The notes under the pieces were generated by a model. The model saw only the letters and a program-made list of their open reading frames with translations, was not told the DNA's origin and ran no database searches. From a virus (taxonomy: Duplodnaviria; Caudoviricetes): 64,000 nucleotides of DNA. Where the stretch lies: IMG/VR virus record IMGVR_UViG_3300028591_000071; one strand, given 5' to 3'. The number at the start of each line of letters is the position of its first letter. Within the stretch, counting starts at the first letter, position 1. The position numbers and the translations under genes were made by a program. Below, piece by piece: positions 10,180 to 20,248 of this stretch.

Positions 10180-13100
10180 AATCGTATCCCTCCTCCTCTA
10201 CGAATTTAATGTTGCTTAATTGTGCATTATACGGGTCTGTCAAGTCGGTATATATTGAACTATTAGCATAATAATTGTATGTGAGTGCATTTTGTAGTGC
10301 ATTTACAGGTCCGTCGATATCCTGACCGCCAATAAATGTGAAATTCATGCTGATATTTGCCATCATCGGCTGTACTCCTACACCCTCCGGGTTTAAATCC
10401 CACTGCGTTCCGCCACCATTGTCATAATCAATCGTTATGCTCGTTATCACTATCTTTGAATAGTAGAAATCACCGATTCTCAATATGCAGATAGGTGGCC
10501 TTCCAAACGCAAGGTTTGCTGCCGACTGCATAAATTTGTCTTTAGTGGCGTTTTGGGCATTATCCTTACTGCTATGGCTACCAACCGTAGGTCCCTGCCT
10601 CGTACATTGCTGCAGGAAGTTAAGCCTTGCGTTAAATCCCTCAGGGGTAAGCGAATGGAACGCCGGTTCAAAGAACCTTACCTTGTCTACAATATTTTTA
10701 TATACCAAATTATCCTGAGATTGTATCTCCTTGAAATACAGGTATTCGTTTCCGTATGTGTACTGCCCCTCTATTTGCATATCCTTTGTTTCCGTCTGAA
10801 CAAATTCTGAGGTATTTTCATTTTCCTTAATCGAATTAGGACCATTAGGACTCTCCGTCACACCGCTTACTGAGTTTAACGGCTTTGCATCGTGTTTTAA
10901 CTTCACCCTGAATGTTGCAACAGCACTTCTCCCTATCTTTGCATAAATGTCGTTGACATCACGCATGTTACCGTTCACGAAGGTGTCAATCTCGGCCCCT
11001 TCTTCCCTTTTAACCATATCCGGTTCAATGGAAGGACATAGGTAAAGTATCAACGCCTTCATTGCGTTCGCCCTGTCATTCGCAAGGTCTATATTGAGTT
11101 CATGATATCCATCTTTGGAAGCGAACCCCCTGACTATAACCTCTGATATTTCAAACGAATCCGCTTCTTTTCCGAACACTTTTCCGTCTGTGAACTGCGA
11201 TTCTATCGATAATAGGTCTTTAAACGAATTCAGTTCGTTTGTCATTATGCCAAGTAAATCCTTCACGTCTTCCGTTTTCGCTTGCAAACCGCTTCCGTTG
11301 AGTTTGAATAATGATTCATTCTTATAGTTCGGCGTGAGGAGAACCTGACTTGAATACCTCCTGTCCATTTCGGTGAACGCCTCTGAACTTTCATCACCCT
11401 CATATTGGCTTATCTTATCCTTTATAAGGGAAGGTTTTGAGATATACTGTTGCGCCGAGAAATTGTTTGGGAAAAACATAACGTATGTTTTCTCTATAAA
11501 CTCCGAAGACGGCTTCAGTATCGGCGTTGAATTTTCTACTTCTTTCGGCTTGTCAACATTCTTTTCTTCTATACTCAACTCGGGTTCAAACACATTAAGT
11601 TGCCCGCAACCTGCAAAGTATCTCAATATCTCCTGTTCTCGTTCTTCCTTGTTTGTTGCGCCGTCATCTCTTCCGGTCCCTCTCCACTTGTTAAGTATTG
11701 AAGGGTGGTCTATAAGTAAAGTGAAATTAAGCGTTCCGCCTCTCTCTGTATTCGCATATGTATATACCTTTTCTCCCCTTCCGATAAACTCATTGTCTCT
11801 CCACGATGTGTTTATATTCTCCGTGAATTTTAGGTTATAAGGCGGAAACCACATTATCCTTCCTTTAAACGGACCGATTTGTTCCTCGGAAAGGTATTTG
11901 CTAGTTGCAAAATCTTTCCAAGCAAGGTTCTCAATTGAGAACATATATCTCTTCAGGGCTTCTCTGGTCTTACCGCCATGTGTGACAATTTTCCCGCTAT
12001 CATTATACGGCGTTATCTTTACAAACCCCGACGGAAGGAGAACTGAATTGTTTGATAGCCTTTTGGCTCCGTTATTCGGTCTCAATGGGCCTAATTTTGT
12101 CTGTGTTTCTTCAATGGTCATAAAATTATTACCATCAACAAACGGCCTTATTCTATCCTTCATCGTAGAATATTGATGATGTGCCGTCCAAACCCTGCAA
12201 TATGGATTATCAAACCCCGTAACCTTTCTGTCTGACAGGTCCGCCCTTAAGAGGTTCCTACCCCTTGAAATACCTTCCGATGAGTATGATGAAATAAGTT
12301 CATCATTGGCAAAATCGTCCTGATTGTCAGTATGGAACCTGTTGATTAATGATTTTATCTTATTTTCCCTGAACAGGTTGTTAACTTTGTTGATTATTGT
12401 GTCACGCTCTCCGTTGGAAACACCTATTTTCGGTGTGAATCCAGGAGAAATACTTATCGGGTTAACGGAATTAACGGGGCCTGACCCATCCACTTCCTCA
12501 TAATATGAGTATGTGGCGTTTCCTTCCCTTGCATTGCTTCTGAAAGAGCCACTTTTTAGTTTTGGGTTTATCTTATGGTCAGCATCCGACCATCTCGTCT
12601 TATCGTTTACATCATAGATGCTCTTTTCATCAGGAACCTTATAATATGATGCCGTATCTTCGTCGTTTTTGTTTAGTCCGTATGGATATGTATGACCGAA
12701 GCCACGATAACTGTCCCTAAGTTTACTCTGTATGGTGTTTTCTTCGCGATAATATTCCAAAAGTCCTTCTGAAGGGATATCTATCTTCGACTCCGTTACA
12801 TCCCCGAACAGATTGTCCACAATATAAATGTCTCCATAATTGTGTTTCTCATATGCGCCGCTGTTAACTTCCCCATAATGGCTCGTATAGCGTTCAGCCT
12901 TGCTTGAAGATTCTACTGCCTTGTTTGTTTTTCTCTTCTCTGAATACTTGTCCCTGACCTGTTCACCTATCTTCACAATATCCTTTCCAAAATCAAGCCC
13001 GTTTAAGCCGAAATGCTCGTTATGATATGTTCTCGTACCATATACCGCTTGTGTTATGGAATCGTCGCTTGCGTGTACTTGATGCGGATATTCTTCATTT

Positions 13101-13546
13101 GAATAGAAATCAGTCATAACCCAAGTGTCTGAGCCTGTGAGCATAGACTTGAACCTGGTGTTCCTTTCCCTTAAAAGACTGCCGAGGAAAGAAAACGTGT
13201 CTTCCGTCATTGATTCCTTTGCCGCATTGGTGTTCTCTTCATTCACTGAATAATAATCACCTATCATGCTTGCATTCAGTCCGGCCTGTGCTAAATCATT
13301 TCCCCTCAGCATCACGCCGTCCGTGTTTCTTATCTTCTCGTTTTCCCCTTCGGTACCATACGAATATCTGCCAATCTTGCCGGCATTATAATTCCTCATC
13401 ATATTGTCAACGAGAAAACCTCTCCTTGTGGAATATTTTCTTATCCCACCTGTCAGATTCCTCTGTATGACATAATCTCTGAAGCCATAGACCGACCTGT
13501 TTCCAAGTACAAGTCTACTTAACATATTAATAATTCCTCCGGCCAT
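10172..13546 (-). CDS. Baseplate/tube-initiator-like virion protein with embedded OmpA-like domain
   Basis: W..NEFIGRGEKVYTY..ER, PPICILRIGDFY, QPMMANISMNF motifs; GFASKDG..NIDLANDRA OmpA-like motif. Confidence 0.65.
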   Translation of the reverse strand: MAGGIINMLSRLVLGNRSVYGFRDYVIQRNLTGGIRKYSTRRGFLVDNMMRNYNAGKIGRYSYGTEGENEKIRNTDGVMLRGNDLAQAGLNASMIGDYYSVNEENTNAAKESMTEDTFSFLGSLLRERNTRFKSMLTGSDTWVMTDFYSNEEYPHQVHASDDSITQAVYGTRTYHNEHFGLNGLDFGKDIVKIGEQVRDKYSEKRKTNKAVESSSKAERYTSHYGEVNSGAYEKHNYGDIYIVDNLFGDVTESKIDIPSEGLLEYYREENTIQSKLRDSYRGFGHTYPYGLNKNDEDTASYYKVPDEKSIYDVNDKTRWSDADHKINPKLKSGSFRSNAREGNATYSYYEEVDGSGPVNSVNPISISPGFTPKIGVSNGERDTIINKVNNLFRENKIKSLINRFHTDNQDDFANDELISSYSSEGISRGRNLLRADLSDRKVTGFDNPYCRVWTAHHQYSTMKDRIRPFVDGNNFMTIEETQTKLGPLRPNNGAKRLSNNSVLLPSGFVKITPYNDSGKIVTHGGKTREALKRYMFSIENLAWKDFATSKYLSEEQIGPFKGRIMWFPPYNLKFTENINTSWRDNEFIGRGEKVYTYANTERGGTLNFTLLIDHPSILNKWRGTGRDDGATNKEEREQEILRYFAGCGQLNVFEPELSIEEKNVDKPKEVENSTPILKPSSEFIEKTYVMFFPNNFSAQQYISKPSLIKDKISQYEGDESSEAFTEMDRRYSSQVLLTPNYKNESLFKLNGSGLQAKTEDVKDLLGIMTNELNSFKDLLSIESQFTDGKVFGKEADSFEISEVIVRGFASKDGYHELNIDLANDRANAMKALILYLCPSIEPDMVKREEGAEIDTFVNGNMRDVNDIYAKIGRSAVATFRVKLKHDAKPLNSVSGVTESPNGPNSIKENENTSEFVQTETKDMQIEGQYTYGNEYLYFKEIQSQDNLVYKNIVDKVRFFEPAFHSLTPEGFNARLNFLQQCTRQGPTVGSHSSKDNAQNATKDKFMQSAANLAFGRPPICILRIGDFYYSKIVITSITIDYDNGGGTQWDLNPEGVGVQPMMANISMNFTFIGGQDIDGPVNALQNALTYNYYANSSIYTDLTDPYNAQLSNIKFVEEEGYDYD

Positions 13547-13586
13547 CTTTTATTCTTCTTTAAAGTATTATAATGTGACTAAATTA

Positions 13587-16442
13587 TCAAGCATTTGCGG
13601 TTGGTATATTGTTTCCTAACGTTCTACTTGACTTGTAACCGCCGTACTTCTGTACATTCATTTCCTTGATGATTTCCTGTGTAAGTTTCCTTAGGAGTGC
13701 AGGGTCTTTCTTTATCTCCGCCATTATGTCAAAACTCTGTCCGTTCGGCGTTTTGAGTTCAATCTTTCCGTCAATCTTGACTTCGATTGGCCCATTGTTT
13801 GAACGTCCATTTTCATTCCCTTCTTTCTCTGCTCTCCAACGCATTTTTTCCATAACGGAAAGATGTCCGCTCTTTCCATCCTCGGGCTTTCCTCCCTTGA
13901 TGCTAATTGGAGATATGTACGCAGTGCCGATTTCAAACGTTGCAGTATTAAACCTGTTCTTCTTGGCCTCGGCCCTTCTCTCTTCTCTTTCCTGCCTCTT
14001 TTCTTTCTTTGCTTCCTTATCGGCTTCCCTCTCGTCCTTAACCGCATTGATTTGATTAACAATGTCGGTATCACCTTCCCTAAGAAGTTTCTTTCTAAGA
14101 GAATTCGACATCTTTCCTGTTTGAAGGGCTTTATCAATGTCGCTTAGTCTTCCCACACTATAGTTACCCTTCCTTTCAATTCCGAGTTTCTGAAGTTGAG
14201 AATCAACAAGTTTTTCGTTCCTCACCTTCTGTACCTTAACCACGCCTATAGCGGCTCCTGCAACTGCGCCGATGGCGGCGCCAACGGCATTTCCAACACC
14301 AGGTATAACGCTTCCTAACATCATACCCATTGCCGCGCCTTCAAGGGCCGATGAACCAGCCTTCATTGCCATATGCGCTCCGCCGCCTTCCTTTATTTTT
14401 CCACTCGCGACTAACGCATCGGTTGCAATATTACCTGCTGCACCAATTATTCCAACGCCTGCTCCCTTTGCGGCACCTGCCGCAAGTTTTGCTCCAATCT
14501 TCGCTGCGCTTTTTCCTCCAACCTTAATCGCTGTCCTTGTTGCAAGTCTTCCTGCTCCTCGTCTTCCGATACTTGCTTTCCCTGCGTCAACCGCGCCCTT
14601 CGTTACAGCGCTCTTTGCTCCTCCGAATATTTCTTTTCCTGCAGAGTTGAATACTCTTGTTCCTACCTGACTGTAAGATTTTCCTGCAGATGATATTATC
14701 TGTTTTCCGCCTTTTATGTTTGCCGCAATAGTGGATGGAGAAGAAGTTACGGGCGCTGTTGGGCCCCTTCTTATTGCTCTGAATAATCTTCCGCCACCTC
14801 TACCACGAAGCGTTCCAATCGCGCTTGTTAAACTAAAAAGCGTCGTTAAACTATTAAGTATTCCGTGGAACCAATTCTGACCGCCAAGCCATCCGGTTGC
14901 TCCCTTTTCGCCCTGTCCGGCCCCCGTGCGCTCAGAAAATCTTGCCTGTACTGTCTCTCTCTGCTTCACGAAGCCCTCCCTCATATCCTTCAGGCTTCTG
15001 ACATCCCTCGCAATATCCTTGATGTCTTCGCTTTGGCTCTTGGTTTCTCTGACGAGTAAGTCCTTATCTTCGTTTTCAAGTTCATCTATTGTCTTGAATT
15101 CACCGTTTATCGATACACCGGCTTTTCCTTCCCTTATCTCTCCTGAGTTTTCAATGAGTTTCTTTATATCCTCATTTAAGCCGGAAGCATGCGCACTACT
15201 GTTTATCTGTGACCTGATTTCCTTAACGACAATGTTCCTGTTGACATTCTCCATTACCTTATTGAAATCCTGTCCCGTTGCCTCCGCATATGCCTTGAGC
15301 CTTTGCTTATCAAATGCAGAAGTGTATGCTTCTCCCGTCTTTTTGTCATAGACTCCTATGTTGCCTATGATTTGCTCCATCCTCTTTTGGGTATCCTCAA
15401 CGCCCATCAAAGAATCGTGAAGCATCCCGAGCGGGTCGGCAGCTGCAGCAAACGGTCCGCCAAGGACCTGAAGTTTGGCAGCGTTCGTAATAGATTTTTC
15501 AATCGTGTCAAAACTATTCGCAAACGACTGAACCTGAGACATGTCCATCCTTATGGCTGCGGCTCTCTTTGCCATCTCCTCCATACCCTTCAATCCGTTC
15601 TTGAAGTTGTATGTCTGAGCCATTGCCAAACCCTGTTGGACATTCTTTGCGTATCTTTCAAGCGAGATTCCTTCCTTCGATGCCTGAGCATACATTTTGC
15701 CTATATGAGTGCTTGCATCGGAAAGGAATACTCCCATCTTTTCGAATTCAGGAAGAAGTTCGGTACCTAATCCCTGTGTGGCAAAATTAACGGCGGCTAA
15801 ATTTTCTTGGTCTTCGTTACTTAATCTTATGTTTCTTCCGGCCGCCTTTGCATAATTGCTTTGGAGTTCTAAGAGCTCTTGTGCAGAAGTATTATAATTT
15901 ATTCCTATTCTTCCCCTTGCTACGTTTTCAATGGTCTGTTTCCTGAGGGCTTCCATTCCCTTTTGAACCAAACCCACCGTTTTGGCGTACTTAGACGCTG
16001 CTGCATCTGCATTAGCCCAAGGGTCGTTTAACTTTTGTACAGCAGATATAACATTTGCTACCGAATCATATATTTTTTTAATACTTGCAGTTATTCCGTC
16101 TGCTTGTTTTCTTTGTTTTAAATAATCAGTATCCCTCTTTGCTGCTGCAAGTTCTGCTTGTTTTTCCCGTATTTCATCTTGACTTGCACCTTGTTCTTTA
16201 AGTTGTTGTAATTCTTTTTCAAGTCGTATCTCTTCTTCTATGGCTTCATTTATAAGTCTTCTATATTCCTTCTGTTTTTCCAACGGCCCAAGAGCCTCAG
16301 TATAGTCAATTGATGAACGAGAATTTCTAAATCCCGAACCTTTTTCGACATATCCTGCGGATTCAAGTGCGTCAAGAATATCGTCATCGGATATCCTTGG
16401 GTTAATATTAAATATATTTCTTAGTTTGGTTAAATCGGCCAT
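13587..16442 (-). CDS. Tape measure protein
   Basis: Long Ala/Lys-rich helical protein with Gly-zipper hydrophobic segments; lies between chaperone and baseplate genes; ATG 16442 follows late motif at 16469-16478. Confidence 0.8.
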   Translation of the reverse strand: MADLTKLRNIFNINPRISDDDILDALESAGYVEKGSGFRNSRSSIDYTEALGPLEKQKEYRRLINEAIEEEIRLEKELQQLKEQGASQDEIREKQAELAAAKRDTDYLKQRKQADGITASIKKIYDSVANVISAVQKLNDPWANADAAASKYAKTVGLVQKGMEALRKQTIENVARGRIGINYNTSAQELLELQSNYAKAAGRNIRLSNEDQENLAAVNFATQGLGTELLPEFEKMGVFLSDASTHIGKMYAQASKEGISLERYAKNVQQGLAMAQTYNFKNGLKGMEEMAKRAAAIRMDMSQVQSFANSFDTIEKSITNAAKLQVLGGPFAAAADPLGMLHDSLMGVEDTQKRMEQIIGNIGVYDKKTGEAYTSAFDKQRLKAYAEATGQDFNKVMENVNRNIVVKEIRSQINSSAHASGLNEDIKKLIENSGEIREGKAGVSINGEFKTIDELENEDKDLLVRETKSQSEDIKDIARDVRSLKDMREGFVKQRETVQARFSERTGAGQGEKGATGWLGGQNWFHGILNSLTTLFSLTSAIGTLRGRGGGRLFRAIRRGPTAPVTSSPSTIAANIKGGKQIISSAGKSYSQVGTRVFNSAGKEIFGGAKSAVTKGAVDAGKASIGRRGAGRLATRTAIKVGGKSAAKIGAKLAAGAAKGAGVGIIGAAGNIATDALVASGKIKEGGGAHMAMKAGSSALEGAAMGMMLGSVIPGVGNAVGAAIGAVAGAAIGVVKVQKVRNEKLVDSQLQKLGIERKGNYSVGRLSDIDKALQTGKMSNSLRKKLLREGDTDIVNQINAVKDEREADKEAKKEKRQEREERRAEAKKNRFNTATFEIGTAYISPISIKGGKPEDGKSGHLSVMEKMRWRAEKEGNENGRSNNGPIEVKIDGKIELKTPNGQSFDIMAEIKKDPALLRKLTQEIIKEMNVQKYGGYKSSRTLGNNIPTANA

Positions 16443-16501
16443 ATAAAAACTCAATACAATTATTCAAATATAAATAGGACAGGTACAATTATTTAAGAAC
16501 T

Positions 16502-16528
16502 AAAAATGGGCGACATTTGCCGCCCATT
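16502..16528 (-). terminator. Intrinsic terminator
   Basis: AATGGGCG...CGCCCATT stem with A-tract. Confidence 0.7.
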
Positions 16529-16548
16529 AATAAGAACAAAATTTATAG

Positions 16549-16845
16549 CTAAAAAACATCGTTTTGCGACCTCCTTGCAAATTCGTTTATTGCACTTCCT
16601 TCGAGATGTTGGGTTGAGCCGCCCTTTGATTGGCTAATTTCCCTTTCCGCAGCGTCGGCTTCCATATTATGTTTTCTGATGAATGCCCTTCTCTCCTGTA
16701 TCGGAATATTCATCACCATCTCATAACTCATACCGACATGCTTTATGCAGCCCCAAATCTCTTCTATCCAGTTCTTATAATACTCAGTCGGCGAGATTGA
16801 GAAAAAGGAATTGGTCAAGTTGAAGAAAGGTTTCAAAGGAGCCAC
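16549..16845 (-). CDS. Tail assembly chaperone C-terminal module, probably reached by frameshift from the upstream gene
   Basis: EIWG..HVGMSYEMVMNIPIQERR motif; overlaps upstream ORF in the +1 frame; sits just before the tape measure gene. Confidence 0.65.
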   Translation of the reverse strand: MAPLKPFFNLTNSFFSISPTEYYKNWIEEIWGCIKHVGMSYEMVMNIPIQERRAFIRKHNMEADAAEREISQSKGGSTQHLEGSAINEFARRSQNDVF

Positions 16846-18070
16846 CTCCCAGCTCCTCGGGCCTGTTTACCTTAATCGTATAATCGATACCAGGCTCGTT
16901 ATTGGCAATATACTTTCTGAGAGCCGTGGAATCCTTGATTCTCATTGTCTTGATGAAATTTGAAATGTAGTCCCTGTCGGTGATTCCGTCAACGGCCATA
17001 ATAAGAAGGTTCAACCTGTTCGTCAACTGCTTATTGAACATCTGTTCGCTGTCATCAATCTTATCAGCCCAATCCTCAAGGGTTCTGATTGCCTTCCTGA
17101 CCTTAATCTTATCATCTGCACTGAGTTTCTTTTCAGCCTCGATGAATGTATCAAGGTTATTCACATAGGTTTCTATCGTGGTCTTCCTCAACTTCTCATC
17201 CTCCGCCGTCTTCATCTTCTCAAGGATAAGCGTATCCCTGTGGGTAGGGAATCTGAACTTAACCTCAACCCCGCTTTCAGGAAGGGTAAACGGGAACCAT
17301 CCGTTAGAATCTCCCTTAAGGTTGAACTCCTTCATCTTCAACTCTGAAAGGTCAATTATGGATTCAAACTCCTTTCCAGTTACATTATCCGTTGCCGTGA
17401 TAGGATATTCGTTTCCATAACCGTTCATCCTGAGGAAAAGGATAATCGCGTCGCGGTCACCTTCAAGAAGGTCAAGGGGGTCAATCTCCTTGCTCATCAA
17501 CTTTGCATTGATGAGATAATCAAGAATAAGATTGTCCCTGTAAAGGTTAGGTGAAACAATCATATTTTCATCATATGCGGTAAGATAAGAAACTGATACT
17601 TTCTTAATCTTGTCTTTATATCCCTCACCCTTTGACGGGAGGTTGATGATATCGAAGTTCGCTCCCGGCTGATAAGTTCCCTTCTTCGGTATATATTCCT
17701 GCTCGAGCCTCGTCTCAGTCTCGTTCACAGCCGTCTTTACCTTTTCGGCCTTCTGTTCTTCTTCGTTCATCAATTCCAACGCTGCCTTTGATATTGCATC
17801 AAGGTCATTCACCTTCGCATTCGATACCTTCTTTTTCTTCTTAAGGTCATCTATGTTCCCGCCATACTGAACATATTGGTCGATGATATCCTGCTCTGCG
17901 GTTTCAATCAACTTGATTTCCTTGTCAATATCCTCCTTGGTATATTTCCTTGTTCCATCTTCGTTGAGAGCCGCCTTAAGCCTCTTCTCAGTCTCCTTCT
18001 TCGTCTTCTCATACATATCGTATGATAATTTCAACTGTTTGAGACTTCTCTCCTCATTTACTTCTACCAT
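16784..18070 (-). CDS. Baseplate hub assembly/tail chaperone protein, T4 gp26-like
   Basis: INLPSKG, LTAYDE, GDRDAIILFLR..GYG, FTLPESG..VKFR, NEPGID motifs. Confidence 0.75.
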   Translation of the reverse strand: MVEVNEERSLKQLKLSYDMYEKTKKETEKRLKAALNEDGTRKYTKEDIDKEIKLIETAEQDIIDQYVQYGGNIDDLKKKKKVSNAKVNDLDAISKAALELMNEEEQKAEKVKTAVNETETRLEQEYIPKKGTYQPGANFDIINLPSKGEGYKDKIKKVSVSYLTAYDENMIVSPNLYRDNLILDYLINAKLMSKEIDPLDLLEGDRDAIILFLRMNGYGNEYPITATDNVTGKEFESIIDLSELKMKEFNLKGDSNGWFPFTLPESGVEVKFRFPTHRDTLILEKMKTAEDEKLRKTTIETYVNNLDTFIEAEKKLSADDKIKVRKAIRTLEDWADKIDDSEQMFNKQLTNRLNLLIMAVDGITDRDYISNFIKTMRIKDSTALRKYIANNEPGIDYTIKVNRPEELGGGSFETFLQLDQFLFLNLAD

Positions 18071-18071
18071 A

Positions 18072-18590
18072 TTAATGTCTTTTTTTCTTATTTTTCTTTA
18101 TAATCTGTTTTTCTTCTTCTATCCCGAACCGTTCCTTAAGAAACTCCATCACCTTGTACGGATTATTCCTTATGTCGTGTTCCCATATCCTTATCAATGC
18201 ATATCCGTGAATCGCCGCCCATTCGTTCTTTATCTCATCAACCCTGTGATTCCGCTTCTGCATCGGGCTCATCTCCTCATAAACCTTTCCGTATGAGTGA
18301 TAGTAATCGCCATCAACCTCAATCAGCACATTCAAACTCGGGAGATAAAAATCATAGTAACGCTTTATATCCTTTGCATAGAACTGCTTGCTGTATTCGA
18401 CCTTCAACTTCTTAAGTATATCCCTTTCAAAAATCAATTCCAACTTCGATGTTCCATACTTCGGATGCGGCCTCTTACTCCTTGCTATGTTCTTCTTGAT
18501 AATCTCCGAGACCGCCGGCTTCTTTTTCTTCACGGTTTTCGACCTCGGTTTCTGATATGTTCCGCTTTTCTTTACAGGTTGTAATCCCAT
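18072..18590 (-). CDS. DUF559/Vsr-like PD-(D/E)XK endonuclease
   Basis: TSKLE, YDFYLP, IEVDGDYYH, GYALIRIWE motifs. Confidence 0.85.
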   Translation of the reverse strand: MGLQPVKKSGTYQKPRSKTVKKKKPAVSEIIKKNIARSKRPHPKYGTSKLELIFERDILKKLKVEYSKQFYAKDIKRYYDFYLPSLNVLIEVDGDYYHSYGKVYEEMSPMQKRNHRVDEIKNEWAAIHGYALIRIWEHDIRNNPYKVMEFLKERFGIEEEKQIIKKNKKKRH

Positions 18591-19161
18591 GTTTCTTGTA
18601 TTTGAAAGTGGCGTAAGAACTCAATATATCATCAGACTTGTATGTAAGCCCATTGAGCCCCAACCTTTTTACCTTTACCTTCGAGAAGGTTTCCACTCTT
18701 ATTATTCTTCCTATTGGGTCCAAGAACTCGATAGTCACCTCATTGAACTTGCCCTTCTTATTTAAGTAGTTGAATGGTGAAAAGTCCTCGGTCTCATAAA
18801 ACACGACATTGAATTCTTTTCTGTCAAAATCATATCCGACATAATGAGGATAGTAAACAGGGATATCACCAATGGTTACGATAAACATATTTGTCTTAAG
18901 TGGATTCACGCCACCATTTGGACTTCTTAGTATAACAGACTCACCCGTCATCTCATAAGGAAGTTGTTTCATTACCTGTTCCTTCGGCTCATCGTATGCC
19001 AATGTCATCGTCTCCTCAAACTTTACGGACGCAATAAAACTCGCCATCGCTTCCCTCACGGCAAGTATCTCCATTTCAGAACACCCTCTTTCCTCCATTT
19101 GTTTTATGGTGTTCTCGTACATCTTTATCGTCGAATTATAAATTGAACTGTTCTTTTCCAT
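18475..19161 (-). CDS. Protein with diverged tail-tube-like domain
   Basis: NPLKTNMFIV / EFLDPIG / LTYKSDDI align with tube protein EPLRKNRFIF / EMLDPTG / LNYGQDDL. Confidence 0.6.
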   Translation of the reverse strand: MEKNSSIYNSTIKMYENTIKQMEERGCSEMEILAVREAMASFIASVKFEETMTLAYDEPKEQVMKQLPYEMTGESVILRSPNGGVNPLKTNMFIVTIGDIPVYYPHYVGYDFDRKEFNVVFYETEDFSPFNYLNKKGKFNEVTIEFLDPIGRIIRVETFSKVKVKRLGLNGLTYKSDDILSSYATFKYKKHGITTCKEKRNISETEVENREEKEAGGLGDYQEEHSKE

Positions 19162-19228
19162 CTTGATATACTTTTACATATAAAAATAACCATTACGATT
19201 TATTAGTCAATAACATTTTATATCCTGC

Positions 19229-19239
19229 AACTATTTATA
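19229..19239 (+). promoter_or_regulatory. Late promoter motif AACTATTTATA
   Basis: Exact motif 20 nt upstream of ATG 19260. Confidence 0.75.
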
Positions 19240-19259
19240 TTTGAAAATTGCAATTTATC

Positions 19260-19640
19260 ATGAAAAAAACAGTTAAGCAGAATATATCTGAAATGAAAAG
19301 ATTGTCTTCAAGGATTCCTAAAACGATAAACGAGGCAATCAACTTCCAAGAGGATGATGATTTGGAGATGCAGGACGAGCCGATGGACGGCATTGACGCT
19401 GAAGAACCTATGGACGAGCCAAAGGAAGAAAGCGGAATGGATGTAATGGCATTCGTTGACGACATCCGTAAGAAATCACTTAAGGGTATGGCACAATTGG
19501 CCGACAACCCTGACGACGAGCGTTACCAACTTCTTAAGAAGATTTGGCAGATTTGCGATAAGAAACCTGAGCAGCAGACAGCATTCAACCGCCCTGAACA
19601 GCCACAAAAACCTCAGCAGCCAAACGTTGGAATGATGTAA
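19260..19640 (+). CDS. Acidic hypothetical late protein
   Basis: ORF after late motif; ISE/INE motifs in N-terminus. Confidence 0.75.
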   Translation: MKKTVKQNISEMKRLSSRIPKTINEAINFQEDDDLEMQDEPMDGIDAEEPMDEPKEESGMDVMAFVDDIRKKSLKGMAQLADNPDDERYQLLKKIWQICDKKPEQQTAFNRPEQPQKPQQPNVGMM

Positions 19641-19652
19641 AAATTGAAAAAC

Positions 19653-19663
19653 AACTATTTATA
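19653..19663 (+). promoter_or_regulatory. Late promoter motif AACTATTTATA
   Basis: Exact motif upstream of tail tube gene. Confidence 0.8.
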
Positions 19664-19701
19664 TTTAAAGATAATAACAAGAAAAACATAATAAACTGAT
19701 T

Positions 19702-20190
19702 ATGAGCGATTTACTAAGTAAAATTCCTAATGTTTATGAGCCATTAAGGAAAAATAGATTTATATTCCGTTTCCCTGCAGACCTCGGAATACAGGAGTGG
19801 ACAGTTGAATCAGGTCGCCGTCCTTCTATCAATCAGAACGCTACCGAAATCCAGTTCCTTAATACATCAACTTGGGTTCTTGGTAGATACACATGGCAGG
19901 AAATGCAGTTGACATTCCGTGACCCTATCGGACCTTCAACCTCTCAAGCAATTATGGAGTGGGTTCGCCTTGGTTCGGAAACAGTTACGGGTCGTCAGGG
20001 TTACGCTGCAGGTTACAAACGCGATGTTGAACTCGAAATGCTTGACCCTACAGGTGCTGTTGTTCAGAAGTGGATTCTCAAGGGGTGCTTCCTTACGAAT
20101 GTCGAATTCGGTGACTTGAACTACGGTCAGGATGACCTCGCAACAATCACCGCAACGCTTCGTCCTGATTATTGCATCCTTTGCTACTAA
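19702..20190 (+). CDS. Tail tube protein (gp19-like)
   Basis: EPLRKNRF, WQEMQLTFRDPI, YKRDVELEMLDPTG..WILKGCF motifs; 162 aa. Confidence 0.9.
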   Translation: MSDLLSKIPNVYEPLRKNRFIFRFPADLGIQEWTVESGRRPSINQNATEIQFLNTSTWVLGRYTWQEMQLTFRDPIGPSTSQAIMEWVRLGSETVTGRQGYAAGYKRDVELEMLDPTGAVVQKWILKGCFLTNVEFGDLNYGQDDLATITATLRPDYCILCY

Positions 20191-20216
20191 TAAGAAAGAT
20201 ACATATTGTGTTAACG

Positions 20217-20248
20217 AAAAAAAGCAGGAGTTTAATCCTGCTTTTTTT
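20217..20248. terminator. Bidirectional terminator overlapping the rfbD stop
   Basis: AAAAAAAGCAGGA...TCCTGCTTTTTTT between convergent genes. Confidence 0.85.
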
